Below, piece after piece: positions 8,930 through 18,400 of a stretch of 38,845 nucleotides of DNA (position 1 is its first letter; each line of letters opens with the position of its first letter). The DNA lies in the NCBI GenBank assembly GCA_027021705.1, contig JALUTT010000083.1:1-38845 (forward strand). Direction: 5' to 3'. The position numbers were made by a program, and so were the translations under genes. This DNA comes from Anaerolineae bacterium. Lineage in GTDB: Bacteria > Chloroflexota > Anaerolineae > S140-20. The notes beneath the pieces were generated by a model. It worked only from the letters and a program-made list of their open reading frames with translations, was not told where the DNA came from and searched no databases.

Positions 8930-10333
8930 ATGCACGATCCACAATCCCTGATCATCGGCCCCACGTTTGAGGAGATGTTGCACCCGGAGAAGGTGGACCC
9001 GGAGGTGCGGCGCAAGGCCCTGGAGGCACGGGAGAAGGACCCCTTAGACCCCATCAACCTCTACAACATCACCTGGCGAGACCCGGCGACCTACCGCATC
9101 TACTACGAGGTGCTCCCCCACGAACTGACCCAGGTGGAGGCGGAGATCGTCGTCCTCTACGCCAAGGACTTCCCCACCGGCAGCCACAAGGTGGGGGCCA
9201 CCTACTCCATCCTGGTGGAGAAGGAGCTACGGGGCGAGGTGGACCCCCGCGTCCACACCCTGGTCTGGCCTAGCACGGGCAACTACGGGATCGGTGGGGC
9301 CTGGGTGGGCTGCCGGATGGGCTTCGACAGCGTGGTCATCCTGCCCGAGGAGATGAGCCGGGAGCGGTTCGAGATGATCGAGCGCTACGGCGGGCGGGTG
9401 ATCGCCACGCCGGGGAGCGAGAGCAACGTCAAGGAGATCTACGACAAGACCTGGGAGCTGCGTCGAGCCGACCCCAACGTCCGCGTCCTCAACCAGTTCG
9501 AGGAGTTCGGCAACTACCGCTTCCATTATCACGTCACCGGCAACACCATCGTCGAGTTGGCCGAGGAGCTGGCCCGCCAGGGGATCGGGCGGGGGCAGGT
9601 GCAGGCTTTCGTCTCGGCGATGGGGTCGGCGGGGACCATCGCCGCCGGCGACCGGCTCAAGCAGGTCTGGCCCGACCACAAGATCGTTGGCCTGGAGCCG
9701 ATCCAGTGCCCCACCCTCTACTGGAACGGCTACGGAGCCCACGACATCCAGGGCATCGGCGACAAGCACGCCACCTGGATCCACAACGTCTGGAACATGG
9801 ACCTCCTGATCTGCATTGACGATCTGGAGTCCAAGATGGGGTTGCAGTTGCTGACGGAGGAGATCGGCTGGCGGACGATGATCGAGCGCTTCGGCATCCC
9901 CGAGGCCAAGGTGATGAAGATGGCCCAGATCTTCGGCATCTCCGGCGTCTGCAACGTCCTGGGGGCCATCAAGACGGCCCGTTTCTACCGACTGGGCCGG
10001 GGCGACCTCATCGTCACCATCCTGACCGACGCCATTGACCGCTACCGCTCGGTGATGCGGCAGATGACCGAGACCTACGGCCCGATGGACGAGACGGAGG
10101 CGGCCATCCGCCTGGTGAGCATCTTCCACAAGCAGAAGCTGGACTGGATCCAGGAAGGAACCTGGGAGGCCCGCAACCGGTGGCACAACCTGAAGTACTT
10201 CACCTGGGTGGAGCAGCAGGGGAAGACCATCGAGGAGCTGGATGCCCAGCGGGACCCGGCCTGGTGGGAGGCGCAGCAGGCTCAGGTGGCCGAGGTGGAC
10301 CGCCTCATCGAGGCGGCGAGGGGAGGAGGGTGA
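8930..10333 (+). CDS. PLP-dependent enzyme, fold type II (cysteine synthase-like)
   Basis: PTGSHKV (PLP lysine), STGNYG, GSAGTI, IQGIG; AAGGAGG RBS. Confidence 0.88.
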   Translation: MHDPQSLIIGPTFEEMLHPEKVDPEVRRKALEAREKDPLDPINLYNITWRDPATYRIYYEVLPHELTQVEAEIVVLYAKDFPTGSHKVGATYSILVEKELRGEVDPRVHTLVWPSTGNYGIGGAWVGCRMGFDSVVILPEEMSRERFEMIERYGGRVIATPGSESNVKEIYDKTWELRRADPNVRVLNQFEEFGNYRFHYHVTGNTIVELAEELARQGIGRGQVQAFVSAMGSAGTIAAGDRLKQVWPDHKIVGLEPIQCPTLYWNGYGAHDIQGIGDKHATWIHNVWNMDLLICIDDLESKMGLQLLTEEIGWRTMIERFGIPEAKVMKMAQIFGISGVCNVLGAIKTARFYRLGRGDLIVTILTDAIDRYRSVMRQMTETYGPMDETEAAIRLVSIFHKQKLDWIQEGTWEARNRWHNLKYFTWVEQQGKTIEELDAQRDPAWWEAQQAQVAEVDRLIEAARGGG

Positions 10334-10351
10334 GACGGTGGGGCAACGAGG

Positions 10352-10419
10352 GAGGCGGGGAGGCGATGAGGCGATGAGGTGATGAGGCAATGAGGCACCG
10401 AGGCGCCGAGGTACTGAGG
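10352..10419. repeat. Degenerate 8-mer tandem repeat (GAGG-NNNN, about 8 copies)
   Basis: gaggcggg gaggcgat gaggcgat gaggtgat gaggcaat gaggcacc gaggcgcc gaggtact gagg. Confidence 0.85.
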
Positions 10420-10433
10420 AGGGAGGAAGGACG

Positions 10434-11105
10434 ATGTACCCGGAGGCGCGGGTCCTGGTCGCCGTGATGAACAACCGGCGGGACTTCGAGATCGCCCGCG
10501 ATGAGGGGTGGTATCGCATCCCGGTGAAGCACGCGCCGGCCAGCACCCAGGAGACGGAGGTGCTGGCCTTCTACTTCACCCGGGTCTTCGGTGAGGAGAA
10601 GTGGGCCATCCACTGGTACGCGCCGGTGCGGGGCCACGAGCTGGCGCGCCGGCGCGACCTGCTCCCCGACGAACCCGACCACCCCCGTGCTGACGACCGC
10701 TACTACAAGCTCCAGTTGGGGCCTCTGGTGCGCCTGGAGCGGCCCATCCCCAGCCTGCGTTGGCGGCGCATCACCTTCATCGAGACGACCTGGGACCGCT
10801 TCCAGATGGCCCAGGAGATCAACGACCTCTACGCCTCCGGGGCCGATGGCCTCTTCGTGACGCTGAAGGAGGCCGGCTTCTGGCCGGAGCGGGAGCTGCT
10901 CCTGAAGGAGTCGGGCGTCGCCTACCGCGCGGAGTTAGCCATCCCCTGTCGGCAGGGGGTGCTGGCCCTCGCCCTGGACGACCGCCCTCTGCCGCCGGGA
11001 GCCTTGCGCCTGGACCCCGAGATGGCCCCCCGGCTCGCCCTCTCCCGCGTGCAAGCAGCCGTGGAGGCCCTGGGAGGGACCGTGCCGCCGGAGGCAGCCC
11101 GGTAG
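10434..11105 (+). CDS. Hypothetical protein: PUA/EVE-like N-terminal domain plus degenerate DUF559-like C-terminus
   Basis: VLVAVM..DFEIARDEGWYRIP, LAFYFT, YYKLQLGPL..L.RPI resemble domains fused to DUF559 nucleases; YRAELAI replaces the usual YxxDF motif; GGAGG RBS. Confidence 0.65.
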   Translation: MYPEARVLVAVMNNRRDFEIARDEGWYRIPVKHAPASTQETEVLAFYFTRVFGEEKWAIHWYAPVRGHELARRRDLLPDEPDHPRADDRYYKLQLGPLVRLERPIPSLRWRRITFIETTWDRFQMAQEINDLYASGADGLFVTLKEAGFWPERELLLKESGVAYRAELAIPCRQGVLALALDDRPLPPGALRLDPEMAPRLALSRVQAAVEALGGTVPPEAAR

Positions 11106-11143
11106 TCCTCGTGTTAAGCACTTTTATTTGAGGAGTGATTTGT

Positions 11144-11908
11144 ATGCTGTGCTGTTGTGACTTTCTATACACCATTGAGGGAATCGTGCGCAAAAACGTT
11201 CGAGGAAACTATCCCCGCGATTGGGACGAAGATTTCATCACTCGCAGCCTTCTTAAATCCTTGCGTACGGTATTTGGTCCACAGACCCGAATCCACTTAG
11301 ATGCTCCGTTCTTATTACCTCCACTCATCATACCAGTTTTAAGGCCCTGGAGTGTGATAGATGAATTAGTAGTGGGATGGGACGCTTACAAGATGACAGG
11401 GGCTAAAGAGAATAAATTTGGGGATGTAGCCATATTAGTTACCATAAGGTATCCTGATGGAGATAAAATTGAAGGTGTTGCATTTCTGGAAGCGAAAAAG
11501 CGTTATAAGAATAGCTCTAATTTTCAAGCGATAGATTTTCAGCAGCTTAAAAGGATAAATGCCCGTGCTCCACGAGCATCGGTGTTGTTATATGACTTTA
11601 ATGCGATTTATGGGTATTGGTGGCGTACTTATGCGGTCACAGCACCAATGGATTTGGTTATTGCTACACAGAAAAAGGATACCTCATTGTACAAGTTTTC
11701 AATGCCTTTTTCTATTCGAATACTAAGACATTTATTGGGTTTTTGCTTGGAGCACGCTGATGAACCTTTAAGAATAGCAAAAGGTTATCAAACAGAGTAT
11801 GGTACACCCCTCTATTTACTGGTGGTTCGTGTGGGAATGGGTGTAGAGCCGCCTTCAGGTGATGAGGTGGAATTTAATCGTGATCGCTTTGCGCGCTTCG
11901 AAGAATAA
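11144..11908 (+). CDS. Integron cassette gene, putative PD-(D/E)xK nuclease-fold protein
   Basis: Low GC; E..FGDVAILV...AFLEAKK; GAGGAG RBS; preceded by GTTAAGC core site (11113-11119) and followed by attC. Confidence 0.7.
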   Translation: MLCCCDFLYTIEGIVRKNVRGNYPRDWDEDFITRSLLKSLRTVFGPQTRIHLDAPFLLPPLIIPVLRPWSVIDELVVGWDAYKMTGAKENKFGDVAILVTIRYPDGDKIEGVAFLEAKKRYKNSSNFQAIDFQQLKRINARAPRASVLLYDFNAIYGYWWRTYAVTAPMDLVIATQKKDTSLYKFSMPFSIRILRHLLGFCLEHADEPLRIAKGYQTEYGTPLYLLVVRVGMGVEPPSGDEVEFNRDRFARFEE

Positions 11909-11911
11909 GGG

Positions 11912-11972
11912 GCCTAACACTGCTTGCAGCGGACGCCGCCTCCGGCGGCGCCGCTGAAGCTTATCGTTAGGC
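11912..11972 (+). mobile_element. Integron attC site (61 bp)
   Basis: R'' GCCTAAC 3 nt after the stop codon, TGCAGCGG/CCGCTGAA L boxes, central palindrome, R' GTTAGGC. Confidence 0.88.
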
Positions 11973-12008
11973 CGCAGGGGCGCAAGCTTTACCAGGGTGA
12001 GAGCACAA

Positions 12009-12530
12009 ATGACTTTTTACGTGCTGAAAGAGACTGCGAATAAAGGTGTAGGGGTATTCGCTACTCGCAAAATCAAGAAAGGTGAACACCTTTTCTACAT
12101 TGACTTAAGGGGGTTGCCCACCTACTCCTTGGAAGAGCTGGAACACCATCCAGATGGTGACCATGCGGACTATGTGGGTCACGGAAAGTATGTGATCAAC
12201 CGCTCTCCTGCGTCCTTCCTTAACCATTCGTGCGAGCCGAATTGCTATTGTAAGATGAAGTCCATCGCGGTGAAGGACATCTATGCCGCCAGGGACATTG
12301 AGCCTGATGAAGAATTGACGATTGACTACGCGGCCACAGCAGTAGACCAATTCGCCGGGCAAGGCTTTTGGGTGTTGGATTGCAAATGTGGGAGTGCGAA
12401 TTGTCGCGGAAGAGTTAGTGGCGACTTTTTCGAATTGCCTGAAGAATTGCAAAGGCGGTATTACCCCAATCTTCCGCCTTCAATCAAGCGCAAGTATCGG
12501 GCGCGTTTTCGCGCTCTTTTCGAGGGATAG
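12009..12530 (+). CDS. SET-domain protein-lysine methyltransferase with post-SET motif (integron cassette)
   Basis: GVGVFA, FLNHSCEPNC, ELTIDY, CKCGSANCRG. Confidence 0.92.
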   Translation: MTFYVLKETANKGVGVFATRKIKKGEHLFYIDLRGLPTYSLEELEHHPDGDHADYVGHGKYVINRSPASFLNHSCEPNCYCKMKSIAVKDIYAARDIEPDEELTIDYAATAVDQFAGQGFWVLDCKCGSANCRGRVSGDFFELPEELQRRYYPNLPPSIKRKYRARFRALFEG

Positions 12531-12542
12531 CAAGGCTGTGCG

Positions 12543-12610
12543 GCCTAACCACGGCTGCAGCGGACAGCGGCTTCGCCTACGCGGCCCGCCGCTGAACCGG
12601 AGCGATAGGG
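12543..12610 (+). mobile_element. Second attC site with degenerate R' (GATAGGG)
   Basis: GCCTAAC, TGCAGCGG...CCGCTGAA. TGCGGCCTAAC is the exact reverse complement of this cassette's 5' end GTTAGGCCGCA. Confidence 0.75.
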
Positions 12611-12649
12611 GGCGGCCACTAGTGCCGCCCCCTGCTTCCCCTTCTCACT

Positions 12650-12811
12650 GGTGATTACCCATGAATCGCCGCCGGGCGCTAAACCGCCCGGCTGAGAAGG
12701 GGAAAGCCCCCTCCGGGGGCTGCGAGACAGCCCGTCAGGGCTTTGCTCCCCTCAGCCCGGACCTTCCAGGTCCGGGCGGCCGGGCGGATTCCCGAGATGT
12801 GGGTAATCACC
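12650..12811. repeat. 162-bp MITE/REP-like element with 12-bp terminal inverted repeats
   Basis: GGTGATTACCCA...TGGGTAATCACC; internal arms GGCTGAGAAGGGGAAAGCCC / GGGCTTTGCTCCCCTCAGCC. Confidence 0.65.
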
Positions 12812-12833
12812 GCGTGGCTGCTCCCCACCTCCC

Positions 12834-12867
12834 CGGCTCCCGCCCGGCAAGCGGGAGCCGTTTTGTT
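12834..12867 (+). terminator. Rho-independent terminator
   Basis: 10-bp stem CGGCTCCCGC/GCGGGAGCCG followed by TTTTGTT. Confidence 0.75.
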
Positions 12868-12945
12868 CCCACGCCCCAACGGGGGCGCGAGCCCTCCGAC
12901 GCGCGACCGCTTATCCCGCCCTCGAAACCGGTCGTCAAAAACCCC

Positions 12946-12975
12946 TTTACTTTTCCCCCCAAGTTGTGGTATAGT
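12946..12975 (+). promoter_or_regulatory. Putative sigma70 promoter for the two-component genes
   Basis: TTTACT, 18-nt spacer ending TGG, TATAGT. Confidence 0.6.
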
Positions 12976-13039
12976 GGATACGGGTGTCGGGTCTGATGGG
13001 AACGCGCCGTCGGACAGGGGGTGTTGTGGTGAGGCGGAG

Positions 13040-14629
13040 ATGCTGGCCAACGAGCAGGCGGATTCGAATTCCTCGTTCCACCCGCACCCGATTCATCGGT
13101 GGGTGACGCACCTGGGTGCGATGGCCCTGGCAACGCTGATCGCCTTCGCCTGGGCATCGTACACGCGCCGGATTGCACCGGAATCCCCCCACCTGGGCCT
13201 CTCCCCCGACGAAGTCGCCGGCTTTCGGGTCAACCCCTACTGGATCGGCTTCGCCTTTCAGCTCACCGTCGTCCCCGTTACCCTGCTCTACCTCTTCAGC
13301 AACCTCCCCCCGTTCCGGCGGGTGGTGGGTCGCCAACCCGATCGGCGGGACCTCCTCTGGCTCGTCCTCGGCCTGGTGGTGATCCAGGCGATGGTCGAGG
13401 GCTATGGCCTCTGGCTCTCCCGCCTGATCGGTGAGCCGCCCCCCCGCCGGTTCACCAGCCTGGTCGCGGTGGTCGGCGGCCTGGTGGGCGGCTGGAAGAT
13501 GGGGTTGGGGTTGGGCCTCGCCACGATGCTCCTGCGCGGCAGCCGGGACCTGATCCTCGTGCTGGCCCCGGAGGTGCTCCTCTCCCTGCGGACCTACGGT
13601 CCGGCGGCACTCCTACAGATGCCCTGGACGACGTGGCTTCCCTGCTTCTACGGCACGATGTGGGGCTGGTCGGCGGTCTGGGTGGGCGTCGTCTCAGGGC
13701 TGTGGTCGGACCTGCTGCAGGGCCGTCGGTTTGCCTCCCCGACGGCGCTGGCCCTGGGCGTCGGGATCGAGTTGGGGCTGGGCCTCTTCCGCGTCCTCGC
13801 CGGCGATTCGACGGCGCTGATCCCCATGCTCCTGGTCCCCAACGTGGTGATGTCGGGGGTGGGGATGGTCGTCATCGCGCTGGGGGTGCGCACCGTCCAG
13901 GCCAACGCCGCGCGACGTCAGGCGGCCGCCGCCGAGCTGGCCCGCACCCACGCAGAGTTGCGGGCTCTGAGGGCTCAGATCAATCCTCACTTCCTCTTCA
14001 ACGCCCTCAACACCATCCGCTACTTCGTGCGCACCGACCCCGAGACCGCCCGCCGCTTGCTGCTCAGCCTCTCGGAGATCTTCCAGCGGGCCCTCCGCTC
14101 GGGGGAGTTCGTGCCCCTGCGGGACGAACTGAGCTACGTCGAAGCCTACCTCTCCTTGGAAAAGGCCCGTCTGGGCGACCGGTTGCGGGTGGTCTGGTCC
14201 GTCCAGGGGGAGGAGGGCGACCCCCACGACGCTCCCCTGCTGGACCTTTCGGTGCCCACCCTCATCCTGCAGCCGGTCGTGGAGAACGCGGTCATCCACG
14301 GCGTGGCCCGGAAGCCGGAGGGTGGCACGGTGCGGATCACCATCGAGCGAAAGGGGGACGACCTGGTGTTGCTGGTGGGAGATGACGGACCGGGCATCCC
14401 GGCCGACCGGCTGGCGACGATCCTGGACCCGGCCGGGACGGAGGATGGCTCGGACCCGGCGGCGGGCAGCGGGTCCATCGGGCTGCGCAACATTGACCGC
14501 CGGCTGCAGACCCTGTACGGGGAGGGCTACCGGCTGCGGATCGCGTCTGAGGTCGGGCGGGGCACTCGGGTGCAGATCAGGATACCGATTCACAGGGGAG
14601 GCGACGATGCGCATTCTCATCGCCGATGA
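13040..14629 (+). CDS. LytS/YehU-family membrane sensor histidine kinase
   Basis: Multiple TM helices; LRAQINPHFLFNALNTI, LQPVVENAVIHG, DDGPGI, IGLRNI. Start set at ATG 13040. Confidence 0.93.
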   Translation: MLANEQADSNSSFHPHPIHRWVTHLGAMALATLIAFAWASYTRRIAPESPHLGLSPDEVAGFRVNPYWIGFAFQLTVVPVTLLYLFSNLPPFRRVVGRQPDRRDLLWLVLGLVVIQAMVEGYGLWLSRLIGEPPPRRFTSLVAVVGGLVGGWKMGLGLGLATMLLRGSRDLILVLAPEVLLSLRTYGPAALLQMPWTTWLPCFYGTMWGWSAVWVGVVSGLWSDLLQGRRFASPTALALGVGIELGLGLFRVLAGDSTALIPMLLVPNVVMSGVGMVVIALGVRTVQANAARRQAAAAELARTHAELRALRAQINPHFLFNALNTIRYFVRTDPETARRLLLSLSEIFQRALRSGEFVPLRDELSYVEAYLSLEKARLGDRLRVVWSVQGEEGDPHDAPLLDLSVPTLILQPVVENAVIHGVARKPEGGTVRITIERKGDDLVLLVGDDGPGIPADRLATILDPAGTEDGSDPAAGSGSIGLRNIDRRLQTLYGEGYRLRIASEVGRGTRVQIRIPIHRGGDDAHSHRR

Positions 14630-15380
14630 CGAGGCCCCGGCGCGGGGGGAACTGCGCTACATCCTGGAGGCGTTAGCGCCGGAGGCGACCTTCTACGAGG
14701 CCACCGACGGCGGGGAGGTGCTGCGGCTGGTCGAGGGCGAGCCGGTGGACGTGGTCTTCCTAGACATCCGCATGCCCGGCCCCGACGGCCTGGAGGTGGC
14801 GGCGACGCTGATGGAAGGGCCGGAGCCGCCCCTGATCGTCTTCGCCACCGCCTACGACGAGCACGCCCTGCGGGCCTTCGAGCTGGCCGCCCTCGACTAC
14901 GTGGTCAAGCCCTTCGACGAGCGGCGGCTGGCCCAGACGATGGAGCGGATCCGCCGAGCCCTGAGCGAGCGGGCCTTGCTGGCCCGGCGACGGGAGGCGT
15001 TGCGCCAATACCTGCAGGAAGCGGCCCCGGCCGGCGGCCTGACCAAGCTGTGGGGCCAGCGGGAGAACGAGAACTGGGTGCTGGTGGACTACCGGGACCT
15101 GCTCTGGGCGGTGGCCGAGGCCAAGCGGGTCTACGTGAAGACCACGGCCGGCGAGAAGCTCCTGGTCCATCACACCCTGAAGGAGCTGGAGGCACGCCTG
15201 GCCCCCCACGGCTTCGTCCGGGTGCACAAGAGCTACCTGGTCAACCTGGACCACGTGGCCGAGGTGGTGCCCTGGTTCTCCGGCACCTACGTCATCCGCA
15301 TGGCCGATGAGGGGCGCACCCAGATTCCGATGTCGAGACGATATGCAGCACGGTTGAAGAAGTTGACGGGATGGCGTTGA
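14607..15380 (+). CDS. LytTR-family response regulator
   Basis: MRILIADDE, FLDIRMPG, FATAY, DYVVKP, FVRVHKSYLVNL; GGAGG RBS before ATG 14607. Confidence 0.95.
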   Translation: MRILIADDEAPARGELRYILEALAPEATFYEATDGGEVLRLVEGEPVDVVFLDIRMPGPDGLEVAATLMEGPEPPLIVFATAYDEHALRAFELAALDYVVKPFDERRLAQTMERIRRALSERALLARRREALRQYLQEAAPAGGLTKLWGQRENENWVLVDYRDLLWAVAEAKRVYVKTTAGEKLLVHHTLKELEARLAPHGFVRVHKSYLVNLDHVAEVVPWFSGTYVIRMADEGRTQIPMSRRYAARLKKLTGWR

Positions 15381-15404
15381 CCGATGAGATAAGGAGTGTA
15401 GGCG

Positions 15405-18400
15405 ATGGCGAGAAGCTTTGTCCGAAGAGCGGTCCTGGTTGTCCTGGCGGTCGGCGCGGCAGCGCTGGCCCTGGGGGTTGTCGTCCGGTTCGCCAGAGCC
15501 GGCGCGGCCTCGGCCCCGACCGGCTCCACGGTCACCTACACCCTCCAGGGGCGGGTCTACCGAGGGGAGGTCGGGACGGAGCCGCCGACCAGCCAGCCCA
15601 TCGAAGGGGTGGTGGTGAGCCTCTACTGCTCCAACAACCCGGGGCAGCAGGGGGTCTTTCTGCGCAGCACCACCACAGACGGCACCGGCTGGTACGGCTT
15701 GGATGTCTACGATTCGGACGTGTGCGAGTTCTTCAACATCATCGAGACCGATCCCGACGGCTACGTCTCGGCCGGGGTGACGACCGTCGGTGGCAACGCG
15801 GTGGACTACAACTGGATCGAGTACACCGCCCCTCTGGAGGGACAGACGCTCACCGGCAACAAGTTCTGGGACCGACTGCCCGTGCTCTCCGGGTACGTCT
15901 ACGAAGGGGAGATGGACGACGAAAGCTCCCCTCTGGCGGGCGTCGTCGTCTCCCTGTACGGTGCGAACAACCCCTATCCCGATCTGGGGACCTTCCTCAT
16001 CAGCACCACCACCAACATCTCCGGTCGGTACGCCCTGCAAGTCTCCCCGGGCTACTCGTACTACCACATCCTCGAAACCGACCCGGACGGCTACACCTCC
16101 GTCGGGGCGTCCACCGTGGGAGGGTCGGCGCAGACGCTGAACTGGATCGAGTACGTCGTCCCTTTGGGCAACCGGGTGTTGGACGGGAACAAGTTCTGGG
16201 ACCGTGGCGGGGTCGTCACGCCCGATCTGGAGATCACCGACATCTGGAGCGAGGGGAACGCCATCTGCTACCAGGTCGCCAACGTCGGCCACGCAACGGC
16301 CCAGCGGGGGCACGCCACCGCCCTGTTCGTTGACGGCGGATACCGGGTTACCCAGACCGTGGACGTGGACTTGGAGCCCGAGGGGAGGTGGGAGGGGTGC
16401 TTTGGGTACGATTGGACCTGCACCCCCATCACGGATACCGTGACCGTGCAGGCTGACTACGGGGATAGGGTGGACGAGAGCGACGAGACCAACAACTCCC
16501 GGCAGGAGCAGTGGACCTGCGACGTGACCCCTCCCGAGATCATCTCCGGTCCCACCGTCCTGGAGGTGACCTCCGGCACCGCGCTCATCGCTTGGGTCAC
16601 CGATGAGCCGAGCGACAGCCTGGTGCTGTACGGCAAGCTGGCCGGACGGTACGCGAGCGAGGCGATCCGTACCGACCCGGTGACCACCCACACCGTCACC
16701 TTGGAGAACCTGGAACCGGCCACGACCTACCATTTCGTGGTCCGCTCCTCCGATGCGTCCGGGAACGCCGGGACCAGCCGGGATCAGACCTTCAGGACGG
16801 CTGCCCCGCCGGACAGCGCCGACCCGGCCCTATCCCTGGACGATCCCGGCCCCTGCCGGGGGGTGGTCACCGTCACCGTCTCCGCCACCGACGATACCGG
16901 GGTGGAGAGGGTGGAGTTCTACCTGGACGGCGAACGGATCTTCACCGATTACTCCTCCCCCTTCGAGCTCCCCCTGGACACGACGGTCTACGCGAACGGG
17001 GAGCACACGTTGACGGCCATCGCTTTCGACCTCGCCGGTCGGCAGGCCACCGACACGCTCTTGGTGGACGTCAACAACCTGAAGGACGCCAGTTACCCCT
17101 CCATCTCGATCACCTCCCCCTCCCAGGGAGCCACCGTCTCCGGCGTGACGAGCCTCATTGCCTCTCTCTCCGACGACACCGGTCTGATCTCGGCCCGTTT
17201 CTACGTGGACGGCAGCTACACCGCCTTCACCGGCTGGGACGTCAACCAACCTCCCACCACCGCCGTGGTGACGTTCACCTGGGATACCCGCGCCCAGAGC
17301 AACGGCAGCCAGCACCGTCTGGGGCTTGAGGTGTACGACATAGATGGGAAGGTGAGCGTGGCCTATGTGGACGTCGTGGTGAACAACGTTGCCCCGCCTC
17401 CCCCGCCTTCCCCTCCCTCCCTCGTCCTGGTCGGCCACCGGGTGATCCGCCACCAGAACGTCTTCACCATCGCGGTGACCGTGAGGAACGTCGGCGACGT
17501 GGAGGCCAGGAACGTCAGGATCCTGGACGGGCTGCGGGGTTTCCAACCCATCCACCGGAGCGACGGGCTCGCCGATTACCGGTCCGACCGGAACCCGGCG
17601 GGAGCCTTTGGGTACAGCGACATCCGCTCCAAGGTGACGATCCCGGCCGGTGCCTCCCAGACCTACACCTATACGGCTGTGCCGGTGCTGGTCTATCCCA
17701 ACCCGCCCACCCCCCAGGTGGGGTACTTCGTGGACATGTACTGGGATTCCCCGAGCGCGGGCGGTTACCACAGCTACGTGCAGCCGCCCGCCGTCAAGAC
17801 CACCGGCGGGGAGACCATCCCCCAGGCCCACGCCAACGCCCTCCGGGTGGCCGACTACCTCATCGTGACCAACCCCAGTCGCCTGTTCCAGTTGTACAGC
17901 CCGACTCAACCGCCGGGGTCCGGCGCGAGCCGTGACAAGGTCAATGCGCTGCTGTCCGCCATGGCCCGGCTGGCCTTCCACGAGCAGGGCGTCCTGGGGT
18001 ACATCAACGCCTACAATGCCCAGACCCTGCGGAATCTGCTCAAGCAGGGTGGGGCCTGGAGCAGCAAGTTGAGGAGCGACTGGGTGTCGAACGGGTACTT
18101 GTTGCTCGTCGGGGAGAACAACGTCGTTCCTGCCTGGCGGCGGTACTTGGGGCGGATGTACACGACTCACGGATACCGCGATTTCATCGCCACCATCACG
18201 GATTACCCCTACGCCAGCACCTACGGCGATGAGCTCAAGCCGGAGTTGAGCATCGGGCGCATCATCGGCAACGATCCCGATGCGCTGCGGAAACCCATCG
18301 AGACGAGCCTGAACGTCCTCCTGGGGGTGTCCGGCTACGGGTTCAACGGCCTGATGAAGTTTATGGCCTTCGGCTACCCCAGGTGCCTGAGCGGCGGCTG

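Noticed and set aside
7720..11908. Methyltransferase plus cassette nuclease as a type II R-M pair
   Set aside because: They are separated by two host-like genes, and the nuclease has its own cassette boundaries, implying independent acquisition.
12743..13039. Longer start for the histidine kinase
   Set aside because: Runs through a repeat element, a terminator and the likely promoter.
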